Shown: one piece after another, positions 18,477 through 30,402 of the stretch | Layout of the letters: each line of letters opens with the position of its first letter | How positions within the stretch are numbered: the first letter of the stretch is position 1 | Assembly (NCBI GenBank): GCA_965223415.1 | Contig: OZ245002.1 | Coordinates: 4,096,001 to 4,160,000, forward strand | Length of the DNA: 64,000 bases | Direction: 5' to 3' | From: Myxococcota bacterium | GTDB taxonomy: Bacteria; Myxococcota_A; UBA9160; UBA6930 | Made by a program: the position numbers and the translations under genes | The notes under the pieces: generated by a model | Told to the model about the DNA's origin: nothing | What the model saw: only the letters and a program-made list of their open reading frames with translations | Databases searched by the model: none

Positions 18477-19252
18477 GCCGCCCCGACACGGCCCGGCGCC
18501 GCGCTCGCGCCCCGGTCCTCGGCCTGTTGCTGCTCGCCGGCTGCCGCACCCTCGGCGTGCCCGAGGGCGACGCCATCGCGACCGACGCGCCGGAGGTGCG
18601 CGCGGCCCTGGCCGATCTCGCCGCTCGCAGCGGCGCGCACCAGAGCCTTCGCGGCAGCGCCCGCGTCTCCCTCGAGGGGGCGCGGGGCTCGAGCTTCGCC
18701 CGCCACCTGGTGGTCCTGGAGCGGCCGGCGCGCATCCGGCTCGAGGTGATGGGCCTGGTCGGCCAGCGCGTGGCGGTGCTCGCCACCGACGGCGAGCGCT
18801 TCGATCTCTTCCGCGCCGAGACCGGCCAGGTCGAGAGCGGCGTCGTCCATCCCGGGCTGCTGGGGGAGGTGGCGGGGGTGCCGCTGGCCCCGGAGGAGCT
18901 GGTGGCGCTGCTGCTCGGCGGCCTGGCGGTTCCCGGAGAGGCGCCCCAGGAGGCCCGGCGCGGCGCCGACGGCCGGCTGGCCCTCGCCTGGCCGACCCTG
19001 CGCGCCGTCCTCGACGCGGAGGGCCGGCTCCGAGCGCTCCAGCTCCGGGACGCGGCCGGCGGCGAGCTGGTCGACGTGGCCTACGCCGATCACCGCCCCG
19101 CCGGCACGGGCTCCTTCGCCCACCAGGTCGAGCTGGACTTCGGCAGCCGCGGCCTGCGCGCCGAGGTGGAATTCCGACAGGTCGAGCTCGATCCGGTGCT
19201 CCCGGAAGGGCTGTTCCGCCTCGAGCTTGTATCCTCGTCGCCCGGGGGGTGA
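18473..19252 (+). CDS. Lipoprotein, LolB/DUF4292-like (LolA/B-type fold)
   Basis: Lipobox LLAGC; ERPARIRLEVMG motif; beta-rich; directly follows the TPR gene as in TPR-lolB pairs. Confidence 0.6.
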   Translation: MSRPDTARRRARAPVLGLLLLAGCRTLGVPEGDAIATDAPEVRAALADLAARSGAHQSLRGSARVSLEGARGSSFARHLVVLERPARIRLEVMGLVGQRVAVLATDGERFDLFRAETGQVESGVVHPGLLGEVAGVPLAPEELVALLLGGLAVPGEAPQEARRGADGRLALAWPTLRAVLDAEGRLRALQLRDAAGGELVDVAYADHRPAGTGSFAHQVELDFGSRGLRAEVEFRQVELDPVLPEGLFRLELVSSSPGG

Positions 19253-19253
19253 G

Positions 19254-21245
19254 ATGCGTCAGGGGGGATGGTTCCAGGCCCTGCTCGCGGCCGTGCTGGT
19301 CGTGAACACCGCGCTCCTGCTGGTGCTCGTGCTCCAGCAGGACAACCGGGAAGAGCGGATGATCCGCCAGTCCGCCCAGTTCCGGGAGCTGGCGGAGAGC
19401 ACCGATCGCGTGCGCGGGGAGCTGCGCAAGCTGACCCGGGCGATCGGGGCGGGGGACCTGTCCGGGCTGCCACGCGACGGCGGGGAGGGGACGTCTTCCG
19501 ACCGCACGTGGCTACATCCGGAGGTTCCGAACTTCCTGGAGCCCCACGACTTCGAGGTCGTGCCCGTGTCGGCGGAGAACACCGACGGGGAGCTCACACT
19601 CTTCTTCTCGCCCAGCGATCCCAAGGGCTTCAACAGCCTGATCGAGAACGCGGCGGACCTGTCCTTCATCGAGTCGCTCGTGTCTGAGACCCTCGCCAGT
19701 CGGATGTCCTTCACGGATCCGGACCGCTGGTACGGGGAGCTCGCAGAGCGGGTCGAGGTGACGGACGATGGCAAGACCTTCACGCTCTACCTCAAGCCCG
19801 GTGTGCGCTGGCATCGGCCGGGCGGAGTCGATCTGACGGATCCGCGCTACGCGTGGTTGGATCGCGATCACGAGGTGACGGCTCACGACGTGGCCTTCGT
19901 GCTCCGCATGATCAAGGACCCGCAGGTCCAGAACGGCTTCATCAAGAGCTACTACGCCGACCTCGAGAGCTGGAAGGTGATCGATGACCATACGCTCGAG
20001 GTGCGCTGGTCGAAGCGGATCTTCACTGCCCTGGCTTCGACGCTCGGGCTCGGGCCGGCTCCGGAGTTCCTCTATGCCTACGACGAAGAGGGCAACCGCT
20101 TCCCGGATGAGACGCTCGGGCTGAACCTCAACCAGCACTGGTACAACAACAAGGGCATCGTCGGGACCGGGCCCTATCGCTTCATGTCCTACGAGCCCGG
20201 TGAGCGCATCGTCATGGAGCGCAACGAGGACTACCACGGTGAGCTGCCGGCGGTTCGGCGTATCGTCTTCGAGATCGTCGCCGACGCGAACGTGCAGTTC
20301 CTGAAGCTCCGCTCGCACCAGCACGACTTCGGCTCCCTCAGACCCTCCGAGTATCGGGACTTCGTGAAGCCCTGGGAGGACGATCCGAGCAAGCCCCGAC
20401 CCGCCGACAATCCGTTCGTCGGTCCGGGCATGGCCAACGACCGGCGCTCCACGCCCGGCTACTTCTACATCGGCTGGAACGCCGACAAGCCGATCTTCGC
20501 CGACGCACGCGTGCGCAAGGCCATGACCCACGCCTTCGATCGACGGCGCCTGGTCGAGAACGTCTTCGTCGGGCTCGGCCAGGTGGCCGCCGGCCCCTAC
20601 CTCGCCGATTCGCCCTACGCGGATCCCTCGATCCGCCCGTGGCCCTTCGACCTCGTGCGCGCCCGCGAGCTCCTGGCCGAGGCGGGTTGGACGGACACCG
20701 ACGAAGACGGCCTGGTCGATCGAGACGTCGACGGAGACGGCGCCAGGGAGCCCTTCGAGTTCACCCTCTTGATCTACGCCTCGTCGAAGGAGATGGACTC
20801 CGTCGCCAACGTCTTGAAGGAGGACCTCCTCAAGGCCGGCGTACGCATGAAGATCGACAAGGCCGAATGGAGCCTCATGCAGAAGCGCATGGAGGAGCGC
20901 GACTTCGACGCCTTCACCGGCGGCTGGGCGATGGGCTGGGACGTCGACCTCTTCCAGATCTGGCATTCGAGCCAGGCCGATCTCCCCAAGGCCTCCAACA
21001 TGATCGGATTCCGCAATCCCGAGGCTGACGTGATCATCGAGGAGCTTCGCGAGACCTTCGACACCGAGGCCCGCGTTGCCCTTGCCCGGCGCTTTCACCG
21101 CATCGTGCACGAAGAGCAGCCCTATAGCTTCTTCTACGTGCGCGAGCGCTACTACACCTGGTGGGACGAGGTTCGCCGCGTGGTCTTTCCGAAGGTCCGT
21201 CCACTGGTCCGGCCGATGGCCTGGTGGGTCGCACCCGAGGTCTGA
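19254..21245 (+). CDS. Peptide ABC transporter substrate-binding protein (family 5) with N-terminal anchor and coiled coil
   Basis: LAERVEV..DGKTFTLYLKPGVRWH, VTAHDVAF, GTGPYRF, FADARVRKAM, ARELLAEAGW. Confidence 0.9.
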   Translation: MRQGGWFQALLAAVLVVNTALLLVLVLQQDNREERMIRQSAQFRELAESTDRVRGELRKLTRAIGAGDLSGLPRDGGEGTSSDRTWLHPEVPNFLEPHDFEVVPVSAENTDGELTLFFSPSDPKGFNSLIENAADLSFIESLVSETLASRMSFTDPDRWYGELAERVEVTDDGKTFTLYLKPGVRWHRPGGVDLTDPRYAWLDRDHEVTAHDVAFVLRMIKDPQVQNGFIKSYYADLESWKVIDDHTLEVRWSKRIFTALASTLGLGPAPEFLYAYDEEGNRFPDETLGLNLNQHWYNNKGIVGTGPYRFMSYEPGERIVMERNEDYHGELPAVRRIVFEIVADANVQFLKLRSHQHDFGSLRPSEYRDFVKPWEDDPSKPRPADNPFVGPGMANDRRSTPGYFYIGWNADKPIFADARVRKAMTHAFDRRRLVENVFVGLGQVAAGPYLADSPYADPSIRPWPFDLVRARELLAEAGWTDTDEDGLVDRDVDGDGAREPFEFTLLIYASSKEMDSVANVLKEDLLKAGVRMKIDKAEWSLMQKRMEERDFDAFTGGWAMGWDVDLFQIWHSSQADLPKASNMIGFRNPEADVIIEELRETFDTEARVALARRFHRIVHEEQPYSFFYVRERYYTWWDEVRRVVFPKVRPLVRPMAWWVAPEV

Positions 21246-21251
21246 CAGGCG

Positions 21252-22700
21252 TTGCGCAGCTACATCGCCAAGCGCCTCCTGCTGATGATCCCGACCTTCT
21301 TCGGGATCTCCCTCGTGGTGTTCGTGGTGATGAACCTCGCTCCGGGGCATCCGGGCGGCACCCAGCTGGCGGCGGACCTGGCGGCGAGCGTGCGCGGCGC
21401 CGACACCCAGGAGTCCCACCGCATCTTCCGCGAGCAGTTCGGCCTGGATCGGCCGGTCCTCTTCAACACCTACATCTGGCTGGAGCGCGACGAGGTCGAG
21501 GCGGCACTGCGGGACCTGGCCGGCCACGAAGGGGCGACCCCCGCCGAGCGGGTGCGTGCCCAGGAGCGCATCGAAGACTGGGGGCGCTGGGCCGTTCCCG
21601 ACCTCGTGGCGGTGATGCGGGAGACGGCCGATCCGCTGATCCGCGATCTCGCGGTGTACGGCCTGCGCCTGGCCGCGAGGCGCCCCCTCGTCGATCCCTT
21701 CGCGAAAGGCCCCTCACCGGAGGTGCGCGCGGAGAACCAGCGCCGCAACGCGGAGAACGAGCGGATCCGGGGAATGCGCTATGCCCTGGACGCCCCGGAG
21801 GAGGCGAAGCAAGCGGTCGTCGCGGAGTGGTCGGCGTGGTTCGACGAGGTGCGCGGCCGGTTCGAGCTCGGCAACGCCGAGCGTGTTCGCGTCTTCTTCC
21901 TCGAGACCCGCTTCGCCCGGTACTGGGCCAACCTCCTGAAGCTCGACTTCGGCGTTTCGCTGGTCACGAAGGAGCCGGTCTTCACCACGTTGATGGAGAA
22001 GCTCCGCTACTCCCTCTCCCTCTCGCTGACCTCGCTGCTGCTCGGCTACCTGATCTCGCTCCCGATCGGCATCCACTCGGCCGTGTACAAGGACTCCTTC
22101 GCCGACCGCACGACCACCGTGACGCTCTTCATGCTCTATTCGCTGCCGAGCTTCTTCGTCGGGACGCTGCTGCTCTTCTGGTTCTCCGAAGGCTCGACGG
22201 TGTCGTGGCTGCGCTGGTTCCCGATCGGTGGGTGGCGCTCGCCGGGAGCCGACGAGATGACGAGCCTGGCGCAGATCCGGGACGTCACGTGGCACCTGGT
22301 GCTGCCCGTGGCGTGCATGACCTACGGCAGCTTCGCGGCCCTCTCGCGCTATATGCGCACCGGGCTCCTGGGCGTGATCCACTCGGACTACGTGCGCACG
22401 GCGCGGGCGAAGGGCCTGCCGGAGCACCAGGTGATCTTCACCCACGCGGTGCGCAACGGGCTCCTGCCGGTGATCACCCTGCTGGCCGGGCTGCTGCCGG
22501 CCATCCTCGGTGGCTCGGTGATCGTCGAGGTGATCTTCGACATCCCCGGTATGGGCCGCTGGCTGATCGAGTCGATCTACCAGCGGGACTACAACGTCAT
22601 CATGTCCGTACAGCTCCTCTCCACGCTGCTGGTGCTGTTCGGCATCCTGCTCTCGGATCTCGGCTACGCGCTGGTCGATCCGCGGATCCGGTACTCATGA
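21252..22700 (+). CDS. Peptide ABC permease (OppB-like) with large extracytoplasmic insert
   Basis: YIAKRLLLMIPT, DFGVS, DYVRTARAKGL, GGSVIVEVIF, RDY, DPRIR; TTG start. Confidence 0.9.
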   Translation: MRSYIAKRLLLMIPTFFGISLVVFVVMNLAPGHPGGTQLAADLAASVRGADTQESHRIFREQFGLDRPVLFNTYIWLERDEVEAALRDLAGHEGATPAERVRAQERIEDWGRWAVPDLVAVMRETADPLIRDLAVYGLRLAARRPLVDPFAKGPSPEVRAENQRRNAENERIRGMRYALDAPEEAKQAVVAEWSAWFDEVRGRFELGNAERVRVFFLETRFARYWANLLKLDFGVSLVTKEPVFTTLMEKLRYSLSLSLTSLLLGYLISLPIGIHSAVYKDSFADRTTTVTLFMLYSLPSFFVGTLLLFWFSEGSTVSWLRWFPIGGWRSPGADEMTSLAQIRDVTWHLVLPVACMTYGSFAALSRYMRTGLLGVIHSDYVRTARAKGLPEHQVIFTHAVRNGLLPVITLLAGLLPAILGGSVIVEVIFDIPGMGRWLIESIYQRDYNVIMSVQLLSTLLVLFGILLSDLGYALVDPRIRYS

Positions 22701-23911
22701 GCCGCCAGCCGAGCGATCGCATCAGCTACTGGGCCGTCGTCCGAAACCAGTTCAAGAAGAACCGGCCCGCGGTGTGGGGCCTCTGGTGTGCGGTCGGGCT
22801 CTTCGTGCTGGCGACCGGGGCGCCGCTCCTCGCCCTCGACCAGCCCTTCTTCTGGAGCGCGCGCGGTGAGACCTCCTTTCCGCTATTCGCGGCGCTCTTC
22901 AACCGGCTCCAGTTCGAGAACGGCGTCGACATCTTCTTCAACCTGCTCCTCGTCCTCTCGCCCCTCTACGCGGGCTTCGTCTTCTGGCGCCGGCGCCGGG
23001 GCGGCTTGCGGCTGCGGGCGGCCCTGGGCCTCTTGGCCTTCCACCTGCTGGCGACGCTCCTGGTGGTGCCGGAGAGCTGGCTCGGGGTGGCGAACCCCCT
23101 CCACCGGGACGCGCCCATCGTCGACTACCGGGGCCAGGAGGCGGAGCTTCGCGCCGCCGGCGAGGACGTGACGGCGCTCTTCCCGCCGCGCCGCATCCAC
23201 TACCGCGAGACGAACCCGGAACGCAGCGTGCAGGCTCCTGGGGCGGCCTTCTGGCTCGGCACCGACCTGGAGGGGCGCGACGTGCTCGTGCGCATGCTCT
23301 ACGGCACGCGCATCTCCCTCACGATCGGTGTGGTGGCGGTGGCCATCTACGTGCTGATCGGCATCGTGCTCGGAGCCCTGGCCGGCTACTTCGGCGGCTG
23401 GATGGACGTGGTGGTCTCGCGGCTGATCGAGGTGATGATCTGCATCCCGAGCTTCTTCCTCATCCTCACCCTCGTCGCGCTGGTGCAGGACCGCTCCATC
23501 TTCCACGTGATGGTCATCATCGGCGTCACGAGCTGGACCGGCGTGGCGCGGCTGGTCCGCGCCGAGTTCCTGCAGCAGCGCGAGCTCGAGTACGCCCTGG
23601 CCGCTCGCGCCCTCGGGCTGCCGCGCTGGCGGGTGATCTTCCGCCACATCCTTCCCAACGCGATGGGGCCGGTGCTCGTCTCGGCCACCTTCGGCGTGGC
23701 CTCGGCGATCCTGATCGAGTCCGGCCTCGCCTTCCTCGGCCTGGGCGATCTCTCGGTGCCGAGCTGGGGCGAGACCCTCAACGCAGGGCGGCTCGAGATG
23801 AAGCTGTGGCTGATCCTGGCGCCGGGCCTCGCGATCTTCTTCGTGGTGAGCGTCTTCAACCTGGTGGGGGAGGGCCTGCGCGACGCCCTCGACCCGAAGC
23901 TCCGGACCTGA
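22697..23911 (+). CDS. Peptide ABC permease (OppC-like)
   Basis: [39 protein letters not shown]. Confidence 0.92.
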   Translation: MSRQPSDRISYWAVVRNQFKKNRPAVWGLWCAVGLFVLATGAPLLALDQPFFWSARGETSFPLFAALFNRLQFENGVDIFFNLLLVLSPLYAGFVFWRRRRGGLRLRAALGLLAFHLLATLLVVPESWLGVANPLHRDAPIVDYRGQEAELRAAGEDVTALFPPRRIHYRETNPERSVQAPGAAFWLGTDLEGRDVLVRMLYGTRISLTIGVVAVAIYVLIGIVLGALAGYFGGWMDVVVSRLIEVMICIPSFFLILTLVALVQDRSIFHVMVIIGVTSWTGVARLVRAEFLQQRELEYALAARALGLPRWRVIFRHILPNAMGPVLVSATFGVASAILIESGLAFLGLGDLSVPSWGETLNAGRLEMKLWLILAPGLAIFFVVSVFNLVGEGLRDALDPKLRT

Positions 23912-23913
23912 CG

Positions 23914-24884
<971 letters not shown>

Positions 24885-24888
<4 letters not shown>

Positions 24889-26348
24889 GCCGCGACGCGA
24901 CGCCGCTGCTCGAGGTCTCGGGCCTGGTGAAGTACTACCCGGTCACCGCGGGCGTGTTCTCCCGGGAGGTCGGGCGGGTGCGGGCCGTGGACGGCGTCTC
25001 CTTCGGCATCGCGCCGGGCGAGACCCTCGGTCTCGTGGGCGAGTCCGGCTGCGGCAAGACCACCGTCGGGCGCACGCTCCTCCGACTCGAAGAGCCCACC
25101 GCCGGCCGCGTGTGCTTCGAAGGCGAGGACCTTGCCGCGCTTCCCCGCGCCGAGCTGCGCGCCGTGCGGCGCTCGCTGCAGATGGTGTTCCAGGACCCGA
25201 TGAGCTCGCTGAACCCGCGCATGACGGTGCGGGACATCATCGGCGAGCCGCTGCGGGTGCACCGCCTGGCCAAGGGCGAGGCCCTCGACGCCCGGGTCGT
25301 CGAGCTGCTCGAGAAGGTCGGCTTGTCCGGCGCCTGGCGGAACCGCTACCCGCACGAGTTCTCCGGCGGCCAGCGCCAGCGCATCGGCGTGGCGCGGGCG
25401 CTGGCCCTGGGGCCGAAGCTGATCGTTTGCGACGAGGCGGTGAGCGCCCTCGACGTCTCCGTGCAGGCCCAGGTCCTGAATCTGCTGATCGACCTGCGGG
25501 CGGAGCTCGGCCTCTCCTACCTCTTCATCTCCCACGACTTGTCGGTGGTGCGGCACATCTCGGACCGCATCGCCGTGATGTATCTGGGGCAGATCGTGGA
25601 GATCGCGTCGGCGGCGCGGCTGTTCGACGACGCGGTGCACCCCTACACCCGGGCGCTGCTCTCCGCGATCCCCGTGCCGGACCCGCGCCGCCAGGTCGAG
25701 CGCATCGTGCTCGAGGGCGACGTGCCGAGCCCGATGCATCCGCCGCCGGGCTGCCGCTTCCACACCCGCTGCCCGGCCGTCATGGACCGCTGTCGCCGCG
25801 ACGTCCCGCCGGCGGTGGAGCTGCCCGACGGCCACGTGGTGAGCTGCTTCCTGGCGGACGCAGCGCCCGCGGACGGCGACTGGCGCCGGGCTACCGCCGA
25901 GCGCCGCCAGGCGGCCGAGGCCGCCCACGCCGAGTCGCGGCGGGTGGAGGCGACCGAGGAGGGGCCGCTCCGGGCGCAGGCCTCCCTCGGCGTGGAGCCC
26001 GAGCCGCCGCCGCCTACCTGGCTCACACGCCTGGTCCCGGCGGCTCTTGCGCTCGCGGCCCTCGCGCTCCTGATCGCCGCCTGGCCGGGAACCCGCGCGA
26101 CCCGGGCCCGGGAGGAGCACGCCGGCCTCGCCCGCGAGATCCACGCCTTCGCCGACGCCACCGGCGCCTGGCCCGAGCGACTCGGCGATCTCGGCTGGCG
26201 TCTCTACGAGGTGTTCGACGACGGCGAGCCCGTCGATCCCTGGGGCCGGCGCTGGGACTACTCGGCGGGGGAGGGTGGCTTCCGCCTGCGCAGCGCGGGG
26301 CCCGACGGAGCCCCCGGCAGCGACGACGACGTGGGCGGCGCGGGGTGA
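24885..26348 (+). CDS. oppF: Peptide ABC ATP-binding protein (OppF-like) with C-terminal TM helix and GspG-like domain
   Basis: [29 protein letters not shown]; then a TM helix and [28 protein letters not shown]. Confidence 0.85.
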
Positions 26349-28324
26349 GGCCCGCCGTCGGCCTGCTGGCGTTGCCGCTCCTGGCGCTGCTCGGCATCGG
26401 CCTCACCTTCCGTGCCTCCCTCCAGGACCGCGCCGACTTCACCTTCGTGAACGGCACCGAGCCCACGACCCTGGATCCGGGCCTGATGACGGGGCAGCCC
26501 GAAGGCCGCATCGGCTGGGCCGTCTTCGAGGGGCTCACGCGACGCGATCCGGCGAGCCTGCGTCCGGTGCCGGGCGTCGCCCAGCGCTGGGACATCTCTC
26601 CGGACGGGCGCACCTACGTCTTTCACCTGCGAGCGGACGCGCGTTGGAGCGACGGGCGCCCCGTCACGGCCCACGACTTCGCCTACGCCTGGCGGCGTCT
26701 CCAGCTCCCGGAGCTCGGCAGCGAGTACGCCTACCTGCTCCACGGTGTCCGGGGCGCCGAGGCCCTGAACCGCTATGAGGCCCAGGCCGAGGCGCTACGG
26801 GGGCCGGTGCGCGCCGCTCTCGAAGCCCTGTCTTCGGAGGCGACCCTGCCCCCGGCCTGGGCGGACTTCGTCGGCCGACACGAGCTGGTGTCGACGGTGC
26901 GGGGCACGCGGGATCCCGTCCTCCTCGCCGGCCTGCGAGCGCCGCCGGCGGATCGCTCGGCCTTCCTGGCCGCCCTCACGAGGGAGGCCGATCGCCGCAG
27001 CGCCGAAGCGTCGCACGCCCGCGATCACTTCGGCCGCGACCTGGGCGTCTACGCCCGTGACGATCGCACCCTGGTGGTCGAGCTGGTGGCGGCGATCCCC
27101 TACTTCCTCGAGCTCACCGCCTTCTACGCCTCGTTCCCGGTCCCGCGCTGGGTCGTCGAGGTTCCCGGCAACGAGAGCGACTGGTTCCTGCCCGGGAAGA
27201 TCGTGTCGAACGGCGCCTTCGAGCTCGAGGCCTGGCGGATCGGCGACCGCGTCCGTCTGCGGCGCAGCGAGACCTACTGGGATCGCGCCAACGTGCCGTC
27301 GCGGACGATCGACGCGCTGCCCCTCGAGAACGTCACGACCGCGCTCAACCTCTACCTCTCCGGCGACGTGGACTGGATCCCCCGCTACCCGAGCGATCTG
27401 GTCGACGCACTGCGGGAGCGCCCGGACCACTACGACCACGCGGGCTTCATCACCTACTACTACCGGATCAACACCCGGCGCCCGCCCCTGGACGAAGCAA
27501 AGGTGCGCCTGGCCCTGGCCCTGGCCGTCGACCGGAAGGTCATCGTCGAGGAGGTGCTTCGCCTCGGCCAGCGGCCCGCCCGCCACATCGTGCCGCCGGG
27601 CGTTCCGGGCTACGAGCCGCCGCCCAGCGCCCTGGGCTTCGATCCCGCCCGGGCCCGGGCGCTGCTGGCAGAGGCCGGCTTCCCCGGCGGCGAGGGCTTC
27701 CCTGAGATCGGCATCCTCTACAACACCCTCGAGAGCCACAAGAAGATCGCCGAGCTGATCGCCGACCAGCTCGGTCGCCACCTGGGCATCTCGGTCAAGC
27801 CCTACAACCAGGAGTGGCAGTCCTATCTCGCGACGATGCGGTCCGGCGAGTACGACCTCGCCCGGGCCGGCTGGATCGGCGACTACCTCGACCCCAACAC
27901 CTTCCTCGACCTGTGGGTGACGAACGGCGGCAACAACCAGACCGGCTGGAGCGACGCCGGCTACGACCGCCTGATCGCCGCCGCCGGCGACGTCGACCGC
28001 TACGCCCGCGAGCCCTTCTTCGAGGGCCTCGCCGAGCCGGAGCGGGCGCGGGCCGCCCTGGCCCGGGCGCGGGAGGCCACCGACGTGCAGAGCCGCCGCC
28101 GGGAGCTCGCGGCCCTGCGCCTCCAGCTCCTGCGGGAGGCCGAGCGCATCCTCGTGGAGCGCGAGGTGCCCGTCCTCCCCATCTACTTCTACGTCGTCTC
28201 GGGCATGGTGCGCCCCGAGGTGGAGGGCTTCTACAGCGAGCTGCTCCAGCCCGACGGTCGCCGCCTGCCGAACCTCCAGGATCTCCATCCCCTGCGCTCG
28301 ATCCGCGTGCGGGGGCCCGGGTGA
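26345..28324 (+). CDS. oppA: Peptide ABC substrate-binding protein (OppA-like)
   Basis: [53 protein letters not shown]. Confidence 0.9.
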   Translation: MRPAVGLLALPLLALLGIGLTFRASLQDRADFTFVNGTEPTTLDPGLMTGQPEGRIGWAVFEGLTRRDPASLRPVPGVAQRWDISPDGRTYVFHLRADARWSDGRPVTAHDFAYAWRRLQLPELGSEYAYLLHGVRGAEALNRYEAQAEALRGPVRAALEALSSEATLPPAWADFVGRHELVSTVRGTRDPVLLAGLRAPPADRSAFLAALTREADRRSAEASHARDHFGRDLGVYARDDRTLVVELVAAIPYFLELTAFYASFPVPRWVVEVPGNESDWFLPGKIVSNGAFELEAWRIGDRVRLRRSETYWDRANVPSRTIDALPLENVTTALNLYLSGDVDWIPRYPSDLVDALRERPDHYDHAGFITYYYRINTRRPPLDEAKVRLALALAVDRKVIVEEVLRLGQRPARHIVPPGVPGYEPPPSALGFDPARARALLAEAGFPGGEGFPEIGILYNTLESHKKIAELIADQLGRHLGISVKPYNQEWQSYLATMRSGEYDLARAGWIGDYLDPNTFLDLWVTNGGNNQTGWSDAGYDRLIAAAGDVDRYAREPFFEGLAEPERARAALARAREATDVQSRRRELAALRLQLLREAERILVEREVPVLPIYFYVVSGMVRPEVEGFYSELLQPDGRRLPNLQDLHPLRSIRVRGPG

Positions 28325-29436
28325 TCTCCGCCCTGCTGGCCGCCGGAGCCCTCCTCGCGATCGCGTCGATCGCGTTCCTGCCCCACGCAGTGACGCGCAT
28401 CCTGGGCGCGTCGCTGCTCGCCGGGCTGGTCTTCGTCTTCCTGCGTCACCTCACCGGCGACGCGGCGGCCGCGCTGGGCTGCGCGGCCCTGGCGGCTGCG
28501 GCCTGGCGCTGGCTTCCCGCCGCCGTGCTGCGGCGGGTCTCCTTCATGATTCCCTCGCTGGTGCTCCTGATCGGCGTCACCACTTGGCTCATGTACCTGG
28601 CGCCGGGCAATCCCTTCGCCCAGGAGAAGGCGATCGCGCCCCAGGTGGAGGCGGCGCTTCGGGAGCAGTACGGCGTGCCCGAGACGCCGCTCGCCTTCTT
28701 CGGCGTCTACATGCAGCGCCTCCTGGGCGAGGGCTCCCTGGGGCCCGCTCTCAAGGTGAAGGGTCGCAGTGTGCTGGACCTGCTGCTCCCGGCCCTGCCG
28801 GTGAGCCTCGGCCTGGGTGGGCTCGCGCTCTTCCTGGCCGTCGCCCTCGGCGTGGCGCTCGGTGTGCGCGCCGGCACGCGGCCGAACTCCCTCGCGGACC
28901 ACGCGAGCATGGGCCTCGCCCTGGTCGGCATCTCCCTGCCGAACTTCGTGATCGGTGCCGGGCTCATGATCGTGCTCGCCCTCGGCCTGGGCTGGCTGCC
29001 GGTCGCCGGCTGGGGCGGCTTCCGCCACGTCTGGATGCCCGCCATCACCCTGGCGCTGCCCCATGCCGCCACCATCGCGCGACTGGCCCGCAGCGGAACC
29101 TTGGAGGTGATGCAGGAGGACTGGATCCGCACCGCGCGGGCGAAGGGGCTCGCCGAGCGCCACGTCGTGTCCCGCCACGCGCTGCGCGTCGCCGTGCTGC
29201 CGGTGGTGTCCTACCTCGGACCGGCGGCCGCCGGCATCCTCACCGGCTCCTTCGTGGTGGAGACCCTGTTCGGCATCCCCGGCATGGGCCAGTGGTTCGT
29301 GAAGGGCGCCATCAACCGCGACTACTCGATCGTGCTCGGCACGGCGCTCTTCTACTGCGGCTTCATCACGCTCTTCAACCTGGCCGTCGACCTGGCCCTG
29401 GCCTGGCTCGACCCGCGGGCGCGGGACGCCACGTGA
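28321..29436 (+). CDS. oppB: Peptide ABC permease (OppB-like) with extra N-terminal TM segments
   Basis: APGNPF, SLPNFV, DWIRTARAKGL, TGSFVVETLFGIPGMG, NRDY. Confidence 0.9.
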   Translation: MISALLAAGALLAIASIAFLPHAVTRILGASLLAGLVFVFLRHLTGDAAAALGCAALAAAAWRWLPAAVLRRVSFMIPSLVLLIGVTTWLMYLAPGNPFAQEKAIAPQVEAALREQYGVPETPLAFFGVYMQRLLGEGSLGPALKVKGRSVLDLLLPALPVSLGLGGLALFLAVALGVALGVRAGTRPNSLADHASMGLALVGISLPNFVIGAGLMIVLALGLGWLPVAGWGGFRHVWMPAITLALPHAATIARLARSGTLEVMQEDWIRTARAKGLAERHVVSRHALRVAVLPVVSYLGPAAAGILTGSFVVETLFGIPGMGQWFVKGAINRDYSIVLGTALFYCGFITLFNLAVDLALAWLDPRARDAT

Positions 29437-30308
29437 GCGCGCCTCTGATCGAGACGGCCGGCCCCTGGGTGCGCGCCTTCCGGCGGCTGCGGCGACACCG
29501 CGCCGCCATGGCCGGAGCCGCGATCCTCGCCTTCGTGCTCTTCGCCTGCTTCGTGCTGCCGTGGCTGCTCGGTCTCGACCCGAGCGCCACCGCGCCCGAG
29601 CTGCGTCATCAGCCGCCGTCCTGGCGGCACTGGTTCGGAACCGACGCCCTGGGCCGCGATCACCTGGCCCGCACGCTCATGGGCGGGCGCGTGTCGCTGC
29701 TCGTCGGCCTCGCCGCCACCGCCGCGTCGGTTACCCTGGGCGTCGCCTACGGCGCGGTGGCCGGCTTCTACGGCGGTCGCGTCGACGAGGCGATGATGCG
29801 CATCGTCGATTTCTTCTACGGCATCCCGTACATGTTCCTCGTCATCCTGGTGATGCTGATGTTCTCGGAGACGGCGCGAGGCGAGGCGCTGCCCGTCTTC
29901 CTGGCACTCGGCCTCGTGCAGTGGCTTACCATGGCGCGCATCGTGCGGGGCCAGGTGCTCACCCTGCGCGATCGCGACTTCGTCCTCGCGGCGCGGGTGC
30001 TCGGCGCCGCCGATGGTCGCATCCTGCTGCGCCACGTGCTCCCGAACGTGATGGGGCCGGTGGTGGTCTACGCCACCCTCACGGTGCCGGCGGTGATCCT
30101 GCTGGAGTCCTTCCTCTCCTTCCTCGGGCTGGGGGTGGAACTCTCCTGGGGCCAGCTCGTGGCCGAAGGCGTGGCAGTGGTGAACCCGATCGAGTCTCCC
30201 TGGTGGCTGCTCGCCTGGCCCGCGGCGTTCCTGGCGGCCACCCTTTTCGCCCTGAACTTCCTGGGTGACGGGTTGCGGGACGCATTCGACCCGAAGGGCG
30301 CTCCCTGA
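29433..30308 (+). CDS. oppC: Peptide ABC permease (OppC-like)
   Basis: HWFGTDALGRD, GGRVSL, AARVLG, ESFLSFLGLG, GDGLRDAFDP. Confidence 0.92.
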   Translation: MSAPLIETAGPWVRAFRRLRRHRAAMAGAAILAFVLFACFVLPWLLGLDPSATAPELRHQPPSWRHWFGTDALGRDHLARTLMGGRVSLLVGLAATAASVTLGVAYGAVAGFYGGRVDEAMMRIVDFFYGIPYMFLVILVMLMFSETARGEALPVFLALGLVQWLTMARIVRGQVLTLRDRDFVLAARVLGAADGRILLRHVLPNVMGPVVVYATLTVPAVILLESFLSFLGLGVELSWGQLVAEGVAVVNPIESPWWLLAWPAAFLAATLFALNFLGDGLRDAFDPKGAP

Positions 30309-30402
30309 AGCGGGCGTCGGGGGGCGAATCCCCCGGGCGCCGAGGCGCCTTCAGCTCCCGGTCGGCTCCACCGATGCAGAACGCCGGGGGGCTGTCTCGA
30401 CC

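Noticed and set aside
20690..20745. DTDEDG..DVDGDG Ca-binding-like motif in the first binding protein
   Set aside because: DxDGDG loops at this position are common in family 5 binding proteins
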